Positions 48,686 through 58,710 are shown, counted from the first letter of the stretch. The stretch: 64,000 nt of DNA from Candidatus Saccharimonadota bacterium (GCA_016187125.1 JACPKF010000001.1:302178-366177); one strand, 5' to 3'. Made by a program: numbers and translations. Notes: generated by a model not told the origin, from the letters alone.

Positions 48686-49240
48686 TTAAAACTTATTGGA
48701 TTTTATTTTGAGAAAATAGCCTAGCAGATTTATCAGCGGATGCAAGATACCGAATAAAACTATGGCAACTAAAGCTTGTTTCAAAGAAAAGTCGACGACA
48801 GTCATGGACAGCAGCAGGGCGCCGACAATCCAATCAATTTGATCAAATGGCACCCAAGTTCGTCCACTAGCGACCTTTATGCGCCGTTTAAAAAAGCTCT
48901 TGATAAGATCACCGCCTAAGGCGCCAAAGCCTAGTAAAAAGCCCAGCAAAATTGCATTTGCAGAGTTATAATCCACCAGCCAGTAGCTTCTGCTAGGAGT
49001 GATAGCCGTCTGTAAATAAACCGTTAATATGGCAAAAATTATGCCGACGAAAAAGCCGCGGTAAGTTTTATGAGGTCCAAAAATCGGCAGCTCCCCAATT
49101 TTTTTATTAAAGTCTACTGGTGTATTGAACAGGGGTAGCCACTTGAACAGGACTGGGACCATGTTAGCAATTCCAGCCGGCAGAAAAAACCAAAATACAC
49201 TGATAACTAGACTGCTTAACGAATCTACTCCTGTGCCCAC
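48686..49240 (-). CDS. CarS/DUF46-like CTP-transferase membrane protein
   Basis: PAGIANMVPV, GPHKTYRG, GDLIKSFFKRR, PFDQID. Confidence 0.8.
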   Translation of the reverse strand: MGTGVDSLSSLVISVFWFFLPAGIANMVPVLFKWLPLFNTPVDFNKKIGELPIFGPHKTYRGFFVGIIFAILTVYLQTAITPSRSYWLVDYNSANAILLGFLLGFGALGGDLIKSFFKRRIKVASGRTWVPFDQIDWIVGALLLSMTVVDFSLKQALVAIVLFGILHPLINLLGYFLKIKSNKF

Positions 49241-49382
49241 GGTTTATTTTGCGCCATGTGTCATTGGCAGTAATTATACTCATTGCCCGGCCGCTAAACA
49301 AAAAGGCTTGCATTAAAGCTTGCATGGGCTTAACATACACTTATAAAGTAAACATAACCTCTATAAAATAAAAGGATTTGTT

Positions 49383-51599
49383 ATGAACTTATTTAGTAAA
49401 CTTCCGCTGATCGCTAAAATGGCAGCGGTGATATTGCCATTGGCAACTTTAACCGCCGTTATTGCGGGAGCCGGTGTTTCTACTTATAACAACCATAGAC
49501 CTCTTAAAGTAGCAACTATCGTGACTCCAAGTAACCCAACTGAAATTCTTGGGGACACTACGTATATGCCATCGCCTGAATATACAATGCCAACAACTTG
49601 CCCAGCGCCCTATACCGGCACACCGCCCAACTGCCAACCGCCAGCCGGTAGTACAAGTACTCCACCGCCGACTAGTACCACTCCACCGCCGACTAGTACC
49701 ACTTCACCGCCGACTAGTACCACTCCACCGGCCAGCAGCACCACTTCACCATCTGGTAGCACCATGCCAACATCTTGTCCAGCGCCCTATACCGGCACAC
49801 CGCCCAACTGCCAACCGCCAGCCGGATCAACTACATCACCATCCGGAAATAGTTATCCTTCTACCTGTCCACCGCCAGCTACTGGCACACCGCCCAACTG
49901 CCAACCGCCAGCCGGTAGTACAAGTACTGGAGGAGCACCTAGCAGTAGCCCAACGTCAGGTGGCGGCAACTCCCAACAATATGGAAGTCAGCCCAGTGGC
50001 TCGGGCAGCACACCAATAGCGCCGCCAACTCTGACAGTAAATAATCCATCATCTTGTATCCAGTCGGTGCTTGGATCGGATGCAGCCAATAGATTCCAAT
50101 CTGGAAATTTCGCTCCGACACCGGATCAAATTGCCAAGGCTCAGAGCTGCTTTAGCGCTCAGGTAAATTACGGCCCGCCCCCGTCTGGTTCTCAAGCCAG
50201 GAGTGGTCAGGGCTCAAGCGGTTCAAACAGCTCGTCTGGTTTCCAAGGCGGGCCAAACTCTCAGCAGGCATTCGCTAACATCGCCATAGCTCCGCCACCA
50301 GCCTTTCAAGCCGATTCGCCGATGTTGACCTGCGCTAAATCAATAGTTGGCGACCGTTTTGGTAGTCAGCCAACCCCCGAGCAAATGGCCCAAATCCAAT
50401 CTAAGTGTTTCGCTGCCGCTACATCTGGTCAACAGATCGGTTTTATTGATCCTAGCGGCCAAAACCGAGGCGGTCCGCTGCCGGGCGTGGCGTTGGCTAG
50501 CGGCGGGCCCAACGGACAGTCTGGACAACCGGGCTCCCCACCGGCCATGCCTCCCGAAATCAAAGCCTGCGTGCTTAAAGCCGGCATGAGTGAAACCGAT
50601 ATTAACGCTATCCAGCGCGGTCAATCGCCGACTGCTGCCCAACAAGCTCAAGGCGAAAGCTGTTTTAGCGCTTACGCTAAAGAAAAAGGCTACACGCCGC
50701 CAACCCTAACACCGCCCGATCCGACCCAACCGTTTGATCCAAATAGTAAGCAGAACCAGTGTGCCGATTTAGTTGCCCAAACCCACGGCATTAGGTTTAA
50801 CCAGATGAATCCAGGGATTGTCTCCTCCTGGAGCGCCGATGACGTCGGTAAACTACGCAGCTGCTACGGCGTAGCACCGGCCGGATCGGCTAGCAGTAAC
50901 AGCGTGGCCTTCGCGCCAACTAGCCCGCAGGTTGCCATTTCTAGCTCAAAACTGACCTGCATGCAAACAGCCCTTGGCGCTGACAAAATAGCCGCGGTTG
51001 TGGCTGGAACTGCCAATATTAGTGACGCTGACCGTAAGAATGTTTACGATAAATGTATCAACCCGACTAAAATTGCCGCAGGAGCTAATCCGGCGCTGCT
51101 TGGAGTGCTGGCCGCTATGCCACCATCTGAGCTGGAAAGCCAGTTTATCCCAGTAGACTCCCAAACCTTGCCGACTCCCACAGCCTCTAACGTTAACCAA
51201 GGCTCAAACGGTGAAGTAACCGTTGGCGGTGAGGTTATAGTGGCCGCCGGCGCAACACTGCCCACAAAAGTTGACATCTTTGTTAAATCCACGCCGCAAA
51301 CCTATACGGTCTCCTTGAAGAAAATCAGTGCCACCAAGGCTACCTGGACAGTCAACATTGCTCAAAACAAACTACCTCTGGGTAACCACAAAGCTTACGC
51401 CGTAGCTACTTTGGCTGATGCCACGCAGTTGCGCAGCCCCGAAGCTAAATTCGCCATCGCGGCTTTTAAAGCTGCTAAAAGCCGCTTACCAGTGGTTATT
51501 GAAGGAACAGCCGTCGGACTAGCCGTCATTGTCGGCGGTTGGGCTGGCTGGCGTTGGCACAACAAGAAATCGCTGCTACCTTGGCGCCCCCAACACTAA
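49383..51599 (+). CDS. Large Cys/Pro/Ser/Thr-rich surface protein with N- and C-terminal hydrophobic helices
   Basis: 3x CP.P.TGTPPNCQPPAGS; STTPPP repeats; recurrent Cys pairs. Confidence 0.8.
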   Translation: MNLFSKLPLIAKMAAVILPLATLTAVIAGAGVSTYNNHRPLKVATIVTPSNPTEILGDTTYMPSPEYTMPTTCPAPYTGTPPNCQPPAGSTSTPPPTSTTPPPTSTTSPPTSTTPPASSTTSPSGSTMPTSCPAPYTGTPPNCQPPAGSTTSPSGNSYPSTCPPPATGTPPNCQPPAGSTSTGGAPSSSPTSGGGNSQQYGSQPSGSGSTPIAPPTLTVNNPSSCIQSVLGSDAANRFQSGNFAPTPDQIAKAQSCFSAQVNYGPPPSGSQARSGQGSSGSNSSSGFQGGPNSQQAFANIAIAPPPAFQADSPMLTCAKSIVGDRFGSQPTPEQMAQIQSKCFAAATSGQQIGFIDPSGQNRGGPLPGVALASGGPNGQSGQPGSPPAMPPEIKACVLKAGMSETDINAIQRGQSPTAAQQAQGESCFSAYAKEKGYTPPTLTPPDPTQPFDPNSKQNQCADLVAQTHGIRFNQMNPGIVSSWSADDVGKLRSCYGVAPAGSASSNSVAFAPTSPQVAISSSKLTCMQTALGADKIAAVVAGTANISDADRKNVYDKCINPTKIAAGANPALLGVLAAMPPSELESQFIPVDSQTLPTPTASNVNQGSNGEVTVGGEVIVAAGATLPTKVDIFVKSTPQTYTVSLKKISATKATWTVNIAQNKLPLGNHKAYAVATLADATQLRSPEAKFAIAAFKAAKSRLPVVIEGTAVGLAVIVGGWAGWRWHNKKSLLPWRPQH

Positions 51600-51657
51600 G
51601 CAAAACCTCTAGTTTCATCTGTTAAACAGTGCTATAATCACCTCTGCTACTGAATAC

Positions 51658-51773
51658 CAATTTTGTGAAGTTGTGCATTGCAATACTTCGCGAAATTGAG
51701 AGGAGAAGCATAGCTATAAGCCGAAGCTTTTGCCACTATTGGCAAAACTAGGCAATAGTGCAAGTTTCGACGT
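51658..51773 (+). ncRNA. Conserved two-hairpin tRNA 5'-leader element, copy 4
   Basis: CAATTTTGTG...CGAAATTG-AGAGGAG-hairpin-GACGT abutting G-1 of tRNA-His; TATAAT at 51633. Confidence 0.85.
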
Positions 51774-51849
51774 GGTGCCTGTGGCTTAGTGGTTAAAGCG
51801 CCGCTCTGTGGAGGCGGATACGAGAGTTCAATTCTCTTCAGGCACCCCA
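51774..51849 (+). tRNA. tRNA-His(GTG) with encoded G-1
   Basis: G-GTGCCTG...CT GTG GA...CAGGCAC-C-CCA. Confidence 0.93.
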
Positions 51850-51892
51850 GATTAACCAATTCAAGACCCATCGTTCGCCCCACATTATAGTC

Positions 51893-52420
51893 ATGAGAAG
51901 TATTAATCCTTTTAAATGGCCGATTAATATTAAGGCCAAAAGAGGTACCCTAGAGCACAACACCTTTATTCTGCAGACTATCCAGCCAGGATTAGCCGGA
52001 CTGATGGATGGTTCAGTTTCAACTTTGGCGCCAATTTTCGCGGCCGCTTTTGCTACCAAGCAGCCGCACATTGCTTTTATAGTTGGCCTGTCAGCGGCTG
52101 TTGGTGCAGCAATTAGCATGGCCTTTGCCGAAGGTTTAAGTGATGATGGCAAGTTGACAGGTAGAGGTCACCCATTTCGTCGAGGAGTTATTATAGGTTT
52201 GATGACCTTCCTGGGTGGTGTTTTTCACACTATTCCTTTTCTTATGTCCAACCTCCACACGGCACTAACCATTGCTTATTTAGTGGTAGGCATAGAACTA
52301 ATAGTTATAGCTTATGTAAGGTTTTACTACTTCCAAATGAGGTTTTGGCTATCAGTTTTACAAGTAATAGTTGGAGGCGGTCTGGTGTTTGCCGCTGGAA
52401 TTTTAATCGGCGCCTCTTAA
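51893..52420 (+). CDS. VIT1/CCC1-like (MbfA membrane domain) protein
   Basis: IQPGLAGLMDGSVSTLAP, ISMAFAEGLSDDG. Confidence 0.85.
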   Translation: MRSINPFKWPINIKAKRGTLEHNTFILQTIQPGLAGLMDGSVSTLAPIFAAAFATKQPHIAFIVGLSAAVGAAISMAFAEGLSDDGKLTGRGHPFRRGVIIGLMTFLGGVFHTIPFLMSNLHTALTIAYLVVGIELIVIAYVRFYYFQMRFWLSVLQVIVGGGLVFAAGILIGAS

Positions 52421-52720
52421 GATCAAATTTTAAATTTTATCCCGTTTTTGGTCCGATTCAGCCTTCGTAGCCTAGCGCTACTACGGCGAAGTAGGCTCGG
52501 ACAAATCTCGGGATAAAATTTATTACCCCACGCACCAGAAGGCCACCGACTCCTGTCGGTGGATGATAGTTGGTGCATTGGCCTTCGGTGCGGGGTTTCG
52601 CACCGTAATCTGAGAAGCCGCCAACTCCTGTTGGCGGTGCTTCACTTTTGTTATATTTGAAAAATAATCGATCAATTCCCCGCCTATGTTTATCTTGCCT
52701 ATGAGTAATGGCTTATCGAA

Positions 52721-53374
52721 TTATGCAGCTAAACTTAGAGCTGACAAAACAGCCAGCGGCACCAAGATATTATCTGTGCCCCAAAAACCGCCGGCATTTT
52801 CTAAGATTGCCAGTATTGGCGGCAGCCCCAGAATTAAAACCGTGTATTGATGATAGCCAATCAGGTCGCGGGCAAACAGCAGTCCAATGCCGAGTATAAA
52901 AACCGACACTAACCAGAAGGCCATAGTCCCAATAACTGTTTTAGTATAATGGAAAATTTTATAGCCCCAGCGCTTATGTAGTTTCTCGCCAACTATGGCA
53001 GCCAGGCCATCAGCCACCGACAGGTGAAAAATAGCCAGGGCAAAAAATATTTTTTGATCAGTCAGCATAGAGCAAAGTAGAATTGCCACGGCGTACAAGA
53101 TGTTCCCATAAGTCCGGCGCTGAACTGGGGCATTAGAGTGAAAAATCGGACGCCGATCAAATAAATTGACTACCAGCATAAGTAGAGCGATTACTTGAAT
53201 AGCCCGCCAAGAAATCAGCCAAGGCCAAAAGGCTACAAAAATTCCTACGGCAATGTGAACGAATTTGCGGTTATACTCGCCTCTTAGAATCTTATATTTC
53301 CACAAGATTTCCGAGACTACCAAAATAGCCAAGACGCCGGCCAGACAGGCAATAACCGCAAGCATTATGAACAT
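52721..53374 (-). CDS. Dolichol/phytol-kinase-like membrane protein
   Basis: RKFVHI, ADGLAAIVG, KTVIG, GTDNILVPL. Confidence 0.8.
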   Translation of the reverse strand: MFIMLAVIACLAGVLAILVVSEILWKYKILRGEYNRKFVHIAVGIFVAFWPWLISWRAIQVIALLMLVVNLFDRRPIFHSNAPVQRRTYGNILYAVAILLCSMLTDQKIFFALAIFHLSVADGLAAIVGEKLHKRWGYKIFHYTKTVIGTMAFWLVSVFILGIGLLFARDLIGYHQYTVLILGLPPILAILENAGGFWGTDNILVPLAVLSALSLAA

Positions 53375-53414
53375 TTTACTCCTATTTGTTAAAATCAGCC
53401 TGGTGTCTGATTAA

Positions 53415-53530
53415 CAATTTTGCAAGGTCGTGCGTAGCAGACTCTTGTAAAATTGAGAGGAGAGGCATAGCGTTAGGTCGAAGCTTTTGGCGATGTAGCC
53501 AAAACGAGACTTACGCGCAGGCTTCGACGA
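53415..53530 (+). ncRNA. Conserved two-hairpin tRNA 5'-leader element, copy 5
   Basis: CAATTTTGC...GTAAAATTG-AGAGGAG-hairpin-GACGA abutting tRNA-Pro. Confidence 0.85.
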
Positions 53531-53607
53531 CGGAGCGTGGCGCAGCTTGGTAGCGCGCATCGTTCGGGACGATGAGGTCGCCGGTTCAAATCCGGCCGCT
53601 CCGACCA
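53531..53607 (+). tRNA. tRNA-Pro(CGG)
   Basis: CGGAGCG...CATCG-TT CGG GA-CGATG...CGCTCCGACCA. Confidence 0.95.
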
Positions 53608-53899
53608 AAGTGCTAGGGACGGAGATATTACTACTTGTCCGCTCGAAAGCTTAAGCATCTCGCTAATTAAGTGAAGCGCTCCACGGACTAAAGTCCGTGG
53701 CTTCAGGCTTGCGGCTTTCGGAGCGTGGAACCCCGCACCGAAAGCCAGAACTGGCATTCAGCCCCGAACTAAAGTTCGAGGCTTTCTGGTGCGTGGGTAA
53801 ACTCGAACTGCCACAGGCAGTTCTCCGGTCGTGGGTTAGCGCTGCGCGAGAGCCAGAGCGCTATCCCGCCACCCCGACCATTCAAAACTTAGCGATTTT

Positions 53900-55231
53900 T
53901 CATAGGTTCTGAGTAACGCCTGCAAACAGTATTTCTTGTGTTCGACTATCAGTAATTGCATAGAAGAATGGCTGGTTAACTTCCATATAGAAAGTTTTTT
54001 TCTTTACGGGCTCTGCAGTTGCGGAAAGTTCGACAATTTCTACACTCGTAATAGCTGCAGCTTCGGTGCCTTTTTCATCAACGTCTATATAAGATTTGTG
54101 TTTTACCTTACTAATTTTTAGATTTTTGTCTATGCCACTAAAATCCGCGTTATCCTCGAAAGCAGTTTTCATACCAAGACCTTTTAAAGTCTCATTCAGC
54201 TCCTTTTCATATGTTGCTTTGAATTTAGGCATCCAGAGCGTACCTTCGGTGTCTTGGTAGCTGGCCAGCCACTTGCTCCAGTTATTTAGGTCCAAGCTGG
54301 CGACAAAAGATTGAAGATTCTTTGGTAAAAATACTTCCATCCTAAAGTCCCCGCTTTTGCCATACGGAAGAACGACACTTTGGAAATCACTTGTTTCCAG
54401 ATATGACATTTTGTCATGTCTGTACATGAATGGACGGTTCTGTTTTGCAGACGATGAGGAATGGAAATCTTTGTTTTCTGTTAGTTTTTCATTAAATTTC
54501 GACGACCATTCACCTTTAAAATACATGGCATTGATAAGAAACATCATGCTATCACTATTAACTTGGTCTACTATGGTCGGGATTTTACCTTTGGTCTTTT
54601 GATTCACCCAGCTATTAATCTGATCAGCGGCAGCCGGACTATTGAAATCTAGAGCCAAGGCTTCAGCCTGATAGAAGGTTTTTACGTTACTTATAAAGTC
54701 ATTTTTAGGATGAAGGCTTTGCCTGTACCACAAGGAGTTCGCTGCCGAAATTTCAACCCCGGAAGATTGATCATTTAATATTTTTATTAAACCCAGGCTC
54801 TGCTGATTGAGTTCTGAGGTGCTTAAGTTTTTTAGCTGAAGAACTCTAGTCATTTCGTCCTTAGTGGTTGAGTTGGCTCCGTTATAAGCCATGGATAGAG
54901 CTAGCGAAATGCCAGCTGGGGAAATAAAAAAGTTATTTTTAGCTTCTTTTTTACTAAGGGACTTGATGAGATTTAATCCAAACTCATCATGGGCATTTTG
55001 AAGATCTTTGGGCGTCTGATAAGTTGACGCTAGCTCCGACTTACCGTGTGAATTCTTATTTGGGCTGTCTTGCTTGGATTGATAGACCCGGTAACCGGCC
55101 AATCCCATGATTGCAATTATCATGATTATAATTAAGTGCTCGAAGATAGCCATGCCGCTTTGGTTCTTTGTGGTCGGCTTTGTTTGGCTAATCATAAAGA
55201 TAATTATCATGGCCGGCAGATCTTTAGTCAA
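53900..55231 (-). CDS. Exported serpin
   Basis: FISPAGI, INAMYFKGEW, hinge VDEKGTEAAAIT, VNQPFFYAI; start probably downstream of 55231. Confidence 0.92.
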   Translation of the reverse strand: MTKDLPAMIIIFMISQTKPTTKNQSGMAIFEHLIIIMIIAIMGLAGYRVYQSKQDSPNKNSHGKSELASTYQTPKDLQNAHDEFGLNLIKSLSKKEAKNNFFISPAGISLALSMAYNGANSTTKDEMTRVLQLKNLSTSELNQQSLGLIKILNDQSSGVEISAANSLWYRQSLHPKNDFISNVKTFYQAEALALDFNSPAAADQINSWVNQKTKGKIPTIVDQVNSDSMMFLINAMYFKGEWSSKFNEKLTENKDFHSSSSAKQNRPFMYRHDKMSYLETSDFQSVVLPYGKSGDFRMEVFLPKNLQSFVASLDLNNWSKWLASYQDTEGTLWMPKFKATYEKELNETLKGLGMKTAFEDNADFSGIDKNLKISKVKHKSYIDVDEKGTEAAAITSVEIVELSATAEPVKKKTFYMEVNQPFFYAITDSRTQEILFAGVTQNL

Positions 55232-55297
55232 TTAATATAAGCATCCTCGTTTTAGATTAAGCTTTACGGTTGAGTTAGGAGCTGCTATAAACCAAAC

Positions 55298-56143
55298 ATG
55301 TCAGTTGTTGATTTTTTTGAATCATTTATCGAAGCTTTCCGTAAGACTAGGGTGGTTGTAAGGCTTAGCTTTAAGTCTCTGCGCAAAGACCCTCAAATTT
55401 TGGTCTACCCATACTTGGCAGTAAGCTTCATACTACTTACTTCACCAATTGTTTCTGGCATCGTATTGTCGATTTGGCGGCGGCTTGATCAACCAGCAGT
55501 AGTTGCCGAAGTAACCCAAAAGGCGCCTGACGTTTTTCTGGCAAAAGTTGGCTTGGTTAGTTTTTCGGTTTTTTATGCCGCATTCATAACCTCTTACTTC
55601 ATTGTGGCCATGTCGGCCGGCGCGTTGGCCAAGTTAGAAAACCGACCAACTTCTCTCCTTTATGGCCTACGGCAGGTGTTTAAACATTTTTTCAGAGTCA
55701 GCCAGTTTGCGCTGTTAGCTATTTTCTTTTTACCACTTGGTGTTGCCGCTCAGTACCGTAAGCTGCGTAGCCCTAAAGCGTTAGTTGAAATTATTGGCAG
55801 TTCATTTTCGCTCAACATGGCCCAGCTGGCCCCGGCGGTCCTAAGTACTGAAAAAAGCCTGCTGGCAATAGTCAGGCACTCCATCAATACTCTAGGGCAG
55901 GCCTGGCGCGAGAATTTAATTATCAAAGGAGGCATGTATCTGACCTTTTTACTCCTGGCCTCTGTCAGTTTTTTGCCTAAAGTCATTGAACACTACTGGT
56001 TTGAGGGCCGCTCGGCTCAAATTATTAGCTGGATAGCCACAGCTCTGCTGGGGGTAACCAGCTATGTGGCCGTCAAAGTTATTGGAGCTGTCTTTACCAC
56101 CACTTTGTACCACCAGGCCAAAAAGCCCGACACCAAAACTTGA
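55298..56143 (+). CDS. Hypothetical multi-TM membrane protein
   Basis: Several hydrophobic segments. Confidence 0.75.
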   Translation: MSVVDFFESFIEAFRKTRVVVRLSFKSLRKDPQILVYPYLAVSFILLTSPIVSGIVLSIWRRLDQPAVVAEVTQKAPDVFLAKVGLVSFSVFYAAFITSYFIVAMSAGALAKLENRPTSLLYGLRQVFKHFFRVSQFALLAIFFLPLGVAAQYRKLRSPKALVEIIGSSFSLNMAQLAPAVLSTEKSLLAIVRHSINTLGQAWRENLIIKGGMYLTFLLLASVSFLPKVIEHYWFEGRSAQIISWIATALLGVTSYVAVKVIGAVFTTTLYHQAKKPDTKT

Positions 56144-56354
56144 TGCTTCATAATCCCGACAAAAGTCGGGACTGCTCCGCCCAGCTTTCGACTTCGCTCA
56201 AGCTAAAGGTTCTGGTACGGGGCCACATACCGTATGGTACGTGGCGGGGCAGGCAAAAATAGAGCCGTAATATTTGCGATAAAGTAATAATTATGATATA
56301 CTACCATGTAGTTCGATAGTTTCCCATGGAATTTGTGATATTCGGAGGTAAAAA

Positions 56355-57146
56355 ATGACTGAAGTAATCAGTAGATATGAACAAGGCTTACTAGATAGAT
56401 GCCCAGCTGATCGCGTAGTTGAGGTAGGCCGGGATTTACCCGAAATCGTCCCCAATAGACTTCAGCACCTGCGCCGAACTGCCGTCGCCAGCGGTTGTTT
56501 GATCCTCGCCTCGTTAGGCTTGGTAGCGGCAAATGCTCGGTCAAGTAGCGAACGGCGCCCGGCGTACACCCCGGCACCCCCCGCCATACAAGCTGATTTT
56601 CCGGTACCAGTCCGGTGTTATAAAACAGATTCCGATTTCTACCTTGCTGAAGGCATAGATCCTAACAAACTTATTTTTGAGACACCTGGACTATTAGCAG
56701 GTTTTTATAGATATCCATATGAAACTCCAATCGCTGAAAATCCAATCGTTGGTTTTAGCCCTGGAGAGTGTACCGCTTTAGAAAAGATTAAGAGAGCGGT
56801 CCCTATGTATCCCGAAGACGCAGCAGCAGCCGAATATATTAAAATTCATGAACTGCAGCATGCCACCACCGATATAGATAGAATAGTAGATCCAGTTTAC
56901 GGTGGCGATTTTGAGGGTCAGGCGGACTGCCAAACAGCCAAGACATATTCCGAGTATCTTTACCGGGATGGTTTCCGGGGGCACCGTGTATTTAACTTGT
57001 TAACCTTCCTAGCTCAGCGTAATACCGGATACGATCCACAAAAAACTCGACACTGCTGGCCCGTGTGGCTGACTAAAGATCCTGATCCTGCTTTGATGGT
57101 GGAGAGTGTCGCCATCATAGTCAAGCCCGATCCTGAGTTTAAGTAG
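56355..57146 (+). CDS. Membrane-anchored hypothetical protein with HExxH motif
   Basis: IHELQH...EGQADC; GGAGG Shine-Dalgarno. Confidence 0.6.
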   Translation: MTEVISRYEQGLLDRCPADRVVEVGRDLPEIVPNRLQHLRRTAVASGCLILASLGLVAANARSSSERRPAYTPAPPAIQADFPVPVRCYKTDSDFYLAEGIDPNKLIFETPGLLAGFYRYPYETPIAENPIVGFSPGECTALEKIKRAVPMYPEDAAAAEYIKIHELQHATTDIDRIVDPVYGGDFEGQADCQTAKTYSEYLYRDGFRGHRVFNLLTFLAQRNTGYDPQKTRHCWPVWLTKDPDPALMVESVAIIVKPDPEFK

Positions 57147-57407
57147 CCAACCCCTATTTTATACTGGCACTATTTTACAATCTAAATGGTCGAGATTTAC
57201 AGAGAAGTTAGAACTGCTTTCTGCAAGCTTAACCTTTAACCGAGCTTCAGTCGCGCCGCCTTCCACCTGCGCCAAGGCTTCGGCGGACAGATCGGCGGCG
57301 CTCCAGCAGCTCGGCACGGCGCACCTCGCCCGCCGTGCCTCCTCCGCCAGCTGGCGGATATTTTTTGCCCGCGCGATTTTTGCAAGTTGTTAGTGAAGCT
57401 GTATTTT

Positions 57408-57671
57408 TTATGTATCGAACTCGCTGGCGAGTCTCGTAACTAAACGAACAGTTGGTGGTACGATAGCTTGCATTACAACAGCTTCGGCCGGTGTCTCGAC
57501 TACTTTTCTGGAATATACATGACGGTCAAATGGGTATGGAAAACTGATTCTAGTAAGTTTATCAACAGCTTGCTGTCCTAGATTCTCGACAAGGGCAGCT
57601 CGACACTCTTCTGGTGTCAAGCCTTCACAAAGCTCTGCCGCCGCATCCATTAACTCAAAGCGGTCCATCAT
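57408..57671 (-). CDS. Hypothetical protein
   Basis: Overlaps the upstream ORF stop. Confidence 0.55.
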   Translation of the reverse strand: MMDRFELMDAAAELCEGLTPEECRAALVENLGQQAVDKLTRISFPYPFDRHVYSRKVVETPAEAVVMQAIVPPTVRLVTRLASEFDT

Positions 57672-58198
57672 TCCACAGCACGTTCTAGAGATGCACGAGC
57701 AATATCGTCGTAAAATTCAGTACGAGGTGCCAGCGGAGTTTCTATGCCCCTCAATGGAACTAAACTTACACCGGCTCCTTCTGTGTCTGTCGCTGGGCAT
57801 TCGATTGATGCACACACCGCAAAGCGTTCTGGTTCAATGCCCTGAAGTTTAAAACCTGACATATTACGCACATAAGCTCCGTTTGTATCTAGAACCGTAA
57901 GCCCATTGAACTTTCCGTAGATTGTCTGTAAACGGACGCTGCCGGTGACACCATAGAAATTATACTGCAAACCTAAAGAAGTAGGCGTAAATTCTTCGGT
58001 GGTCTCAAATCGCACATACGAGCCTACAAGACCTTGTTCTTCCAATTCTGCATTTTTTGCAGCTACTTCTGTCTCCAATTGCTCCCTCGTAGCATCAGCA
58101 ACCTCAACTGCTGAAATTGCCAGCCTTCTGCTTTTATTAAATTCAGCGGATTTTGGTAGTTGCTCCGCAAACTCTTGCCCCGTTAATCTCTCTGCCAT
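57668..58198 (-). CDS. Hypothetical protein
   Basis: AAAGGAG Shine-Dalgarno, 176 aa. Confidence 0.65.
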   Translation of the reverse strand: MAERLTGQEFAEQLPKSAEFNKSRRLAISAVEVADATREQLETEVAAKNAELEEQGLVGSYVRFETTEEFTPTSLGLQYNFYGVTGSVRLQTIYGKFNGLTVLDTNGAYVRNMSGFKLQGIEPERFAVCASIECPATDTEGAGVSLVPLRGIETPLAPRTEFYDDIARASLERAVE

Positions 58199-58493
58199 AA
58201 TTACTCCTTTAATTTAATATTTTGTTCTTTTTGTCCAAAAATGCAAGCATTACCGAAATGGCAAACACGATCAATACTAAAATATTGTTGGACTCAGCTC
58301 AGAATCACTTTTTTAATTGGCGCATTCGGACAGTTGGAAGTGATTCAAAATAACTTCTTAAGATTTCAGCTACATTGGCCCTTCGACTCACTATGTTCGC
58401 TCAGGGTCATTCGACTCGGCATAATGGTTTACTCTTCGATTAAACTCAGGGCAAGACCATGAGCGAGGCAGAATTTATTTCTGCCGAGTCGAA

Positions 58494-58570
58494 TGGTCGG
58501 GGATGCCAGATTTGAACTGGCGACCTCCGCGTCCCAAACGCGGCGCGCTACCAGACTGTGCTAATCCCCG
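58494..58570 (-). tRNA. tRNA-Pro(TGG)
   Basis: CGGGGAT...CCGCG-TT TGG GA-CGCGG...ATCCCCGACCA. Confidence 0.95.
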
Positions 58571-58686
58571 TCGTCGTGACTTACGCGCCTACCTCGTTTT
58601 ACATAATCAGTAAAAGCTTCAGTCTAGCGCTACGAGTGCTCCTCTCAATTTTGCAAAAACCTGCACTGCGTGTTTTTGCAAAATTG
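58571..58686 (-). ncRNA. Conserved two-hairpin tRNA 5'-leader element, copy 6
   Basis: CAATTTTGC...GCAAAATTG-AGAGGAG-hairpin-GACGA abutting tRNA-Pro. Confidence 0.85.
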
Positions 58687-58710
58687 GAAATAAACCAAAT
58701 AACAGACTAA

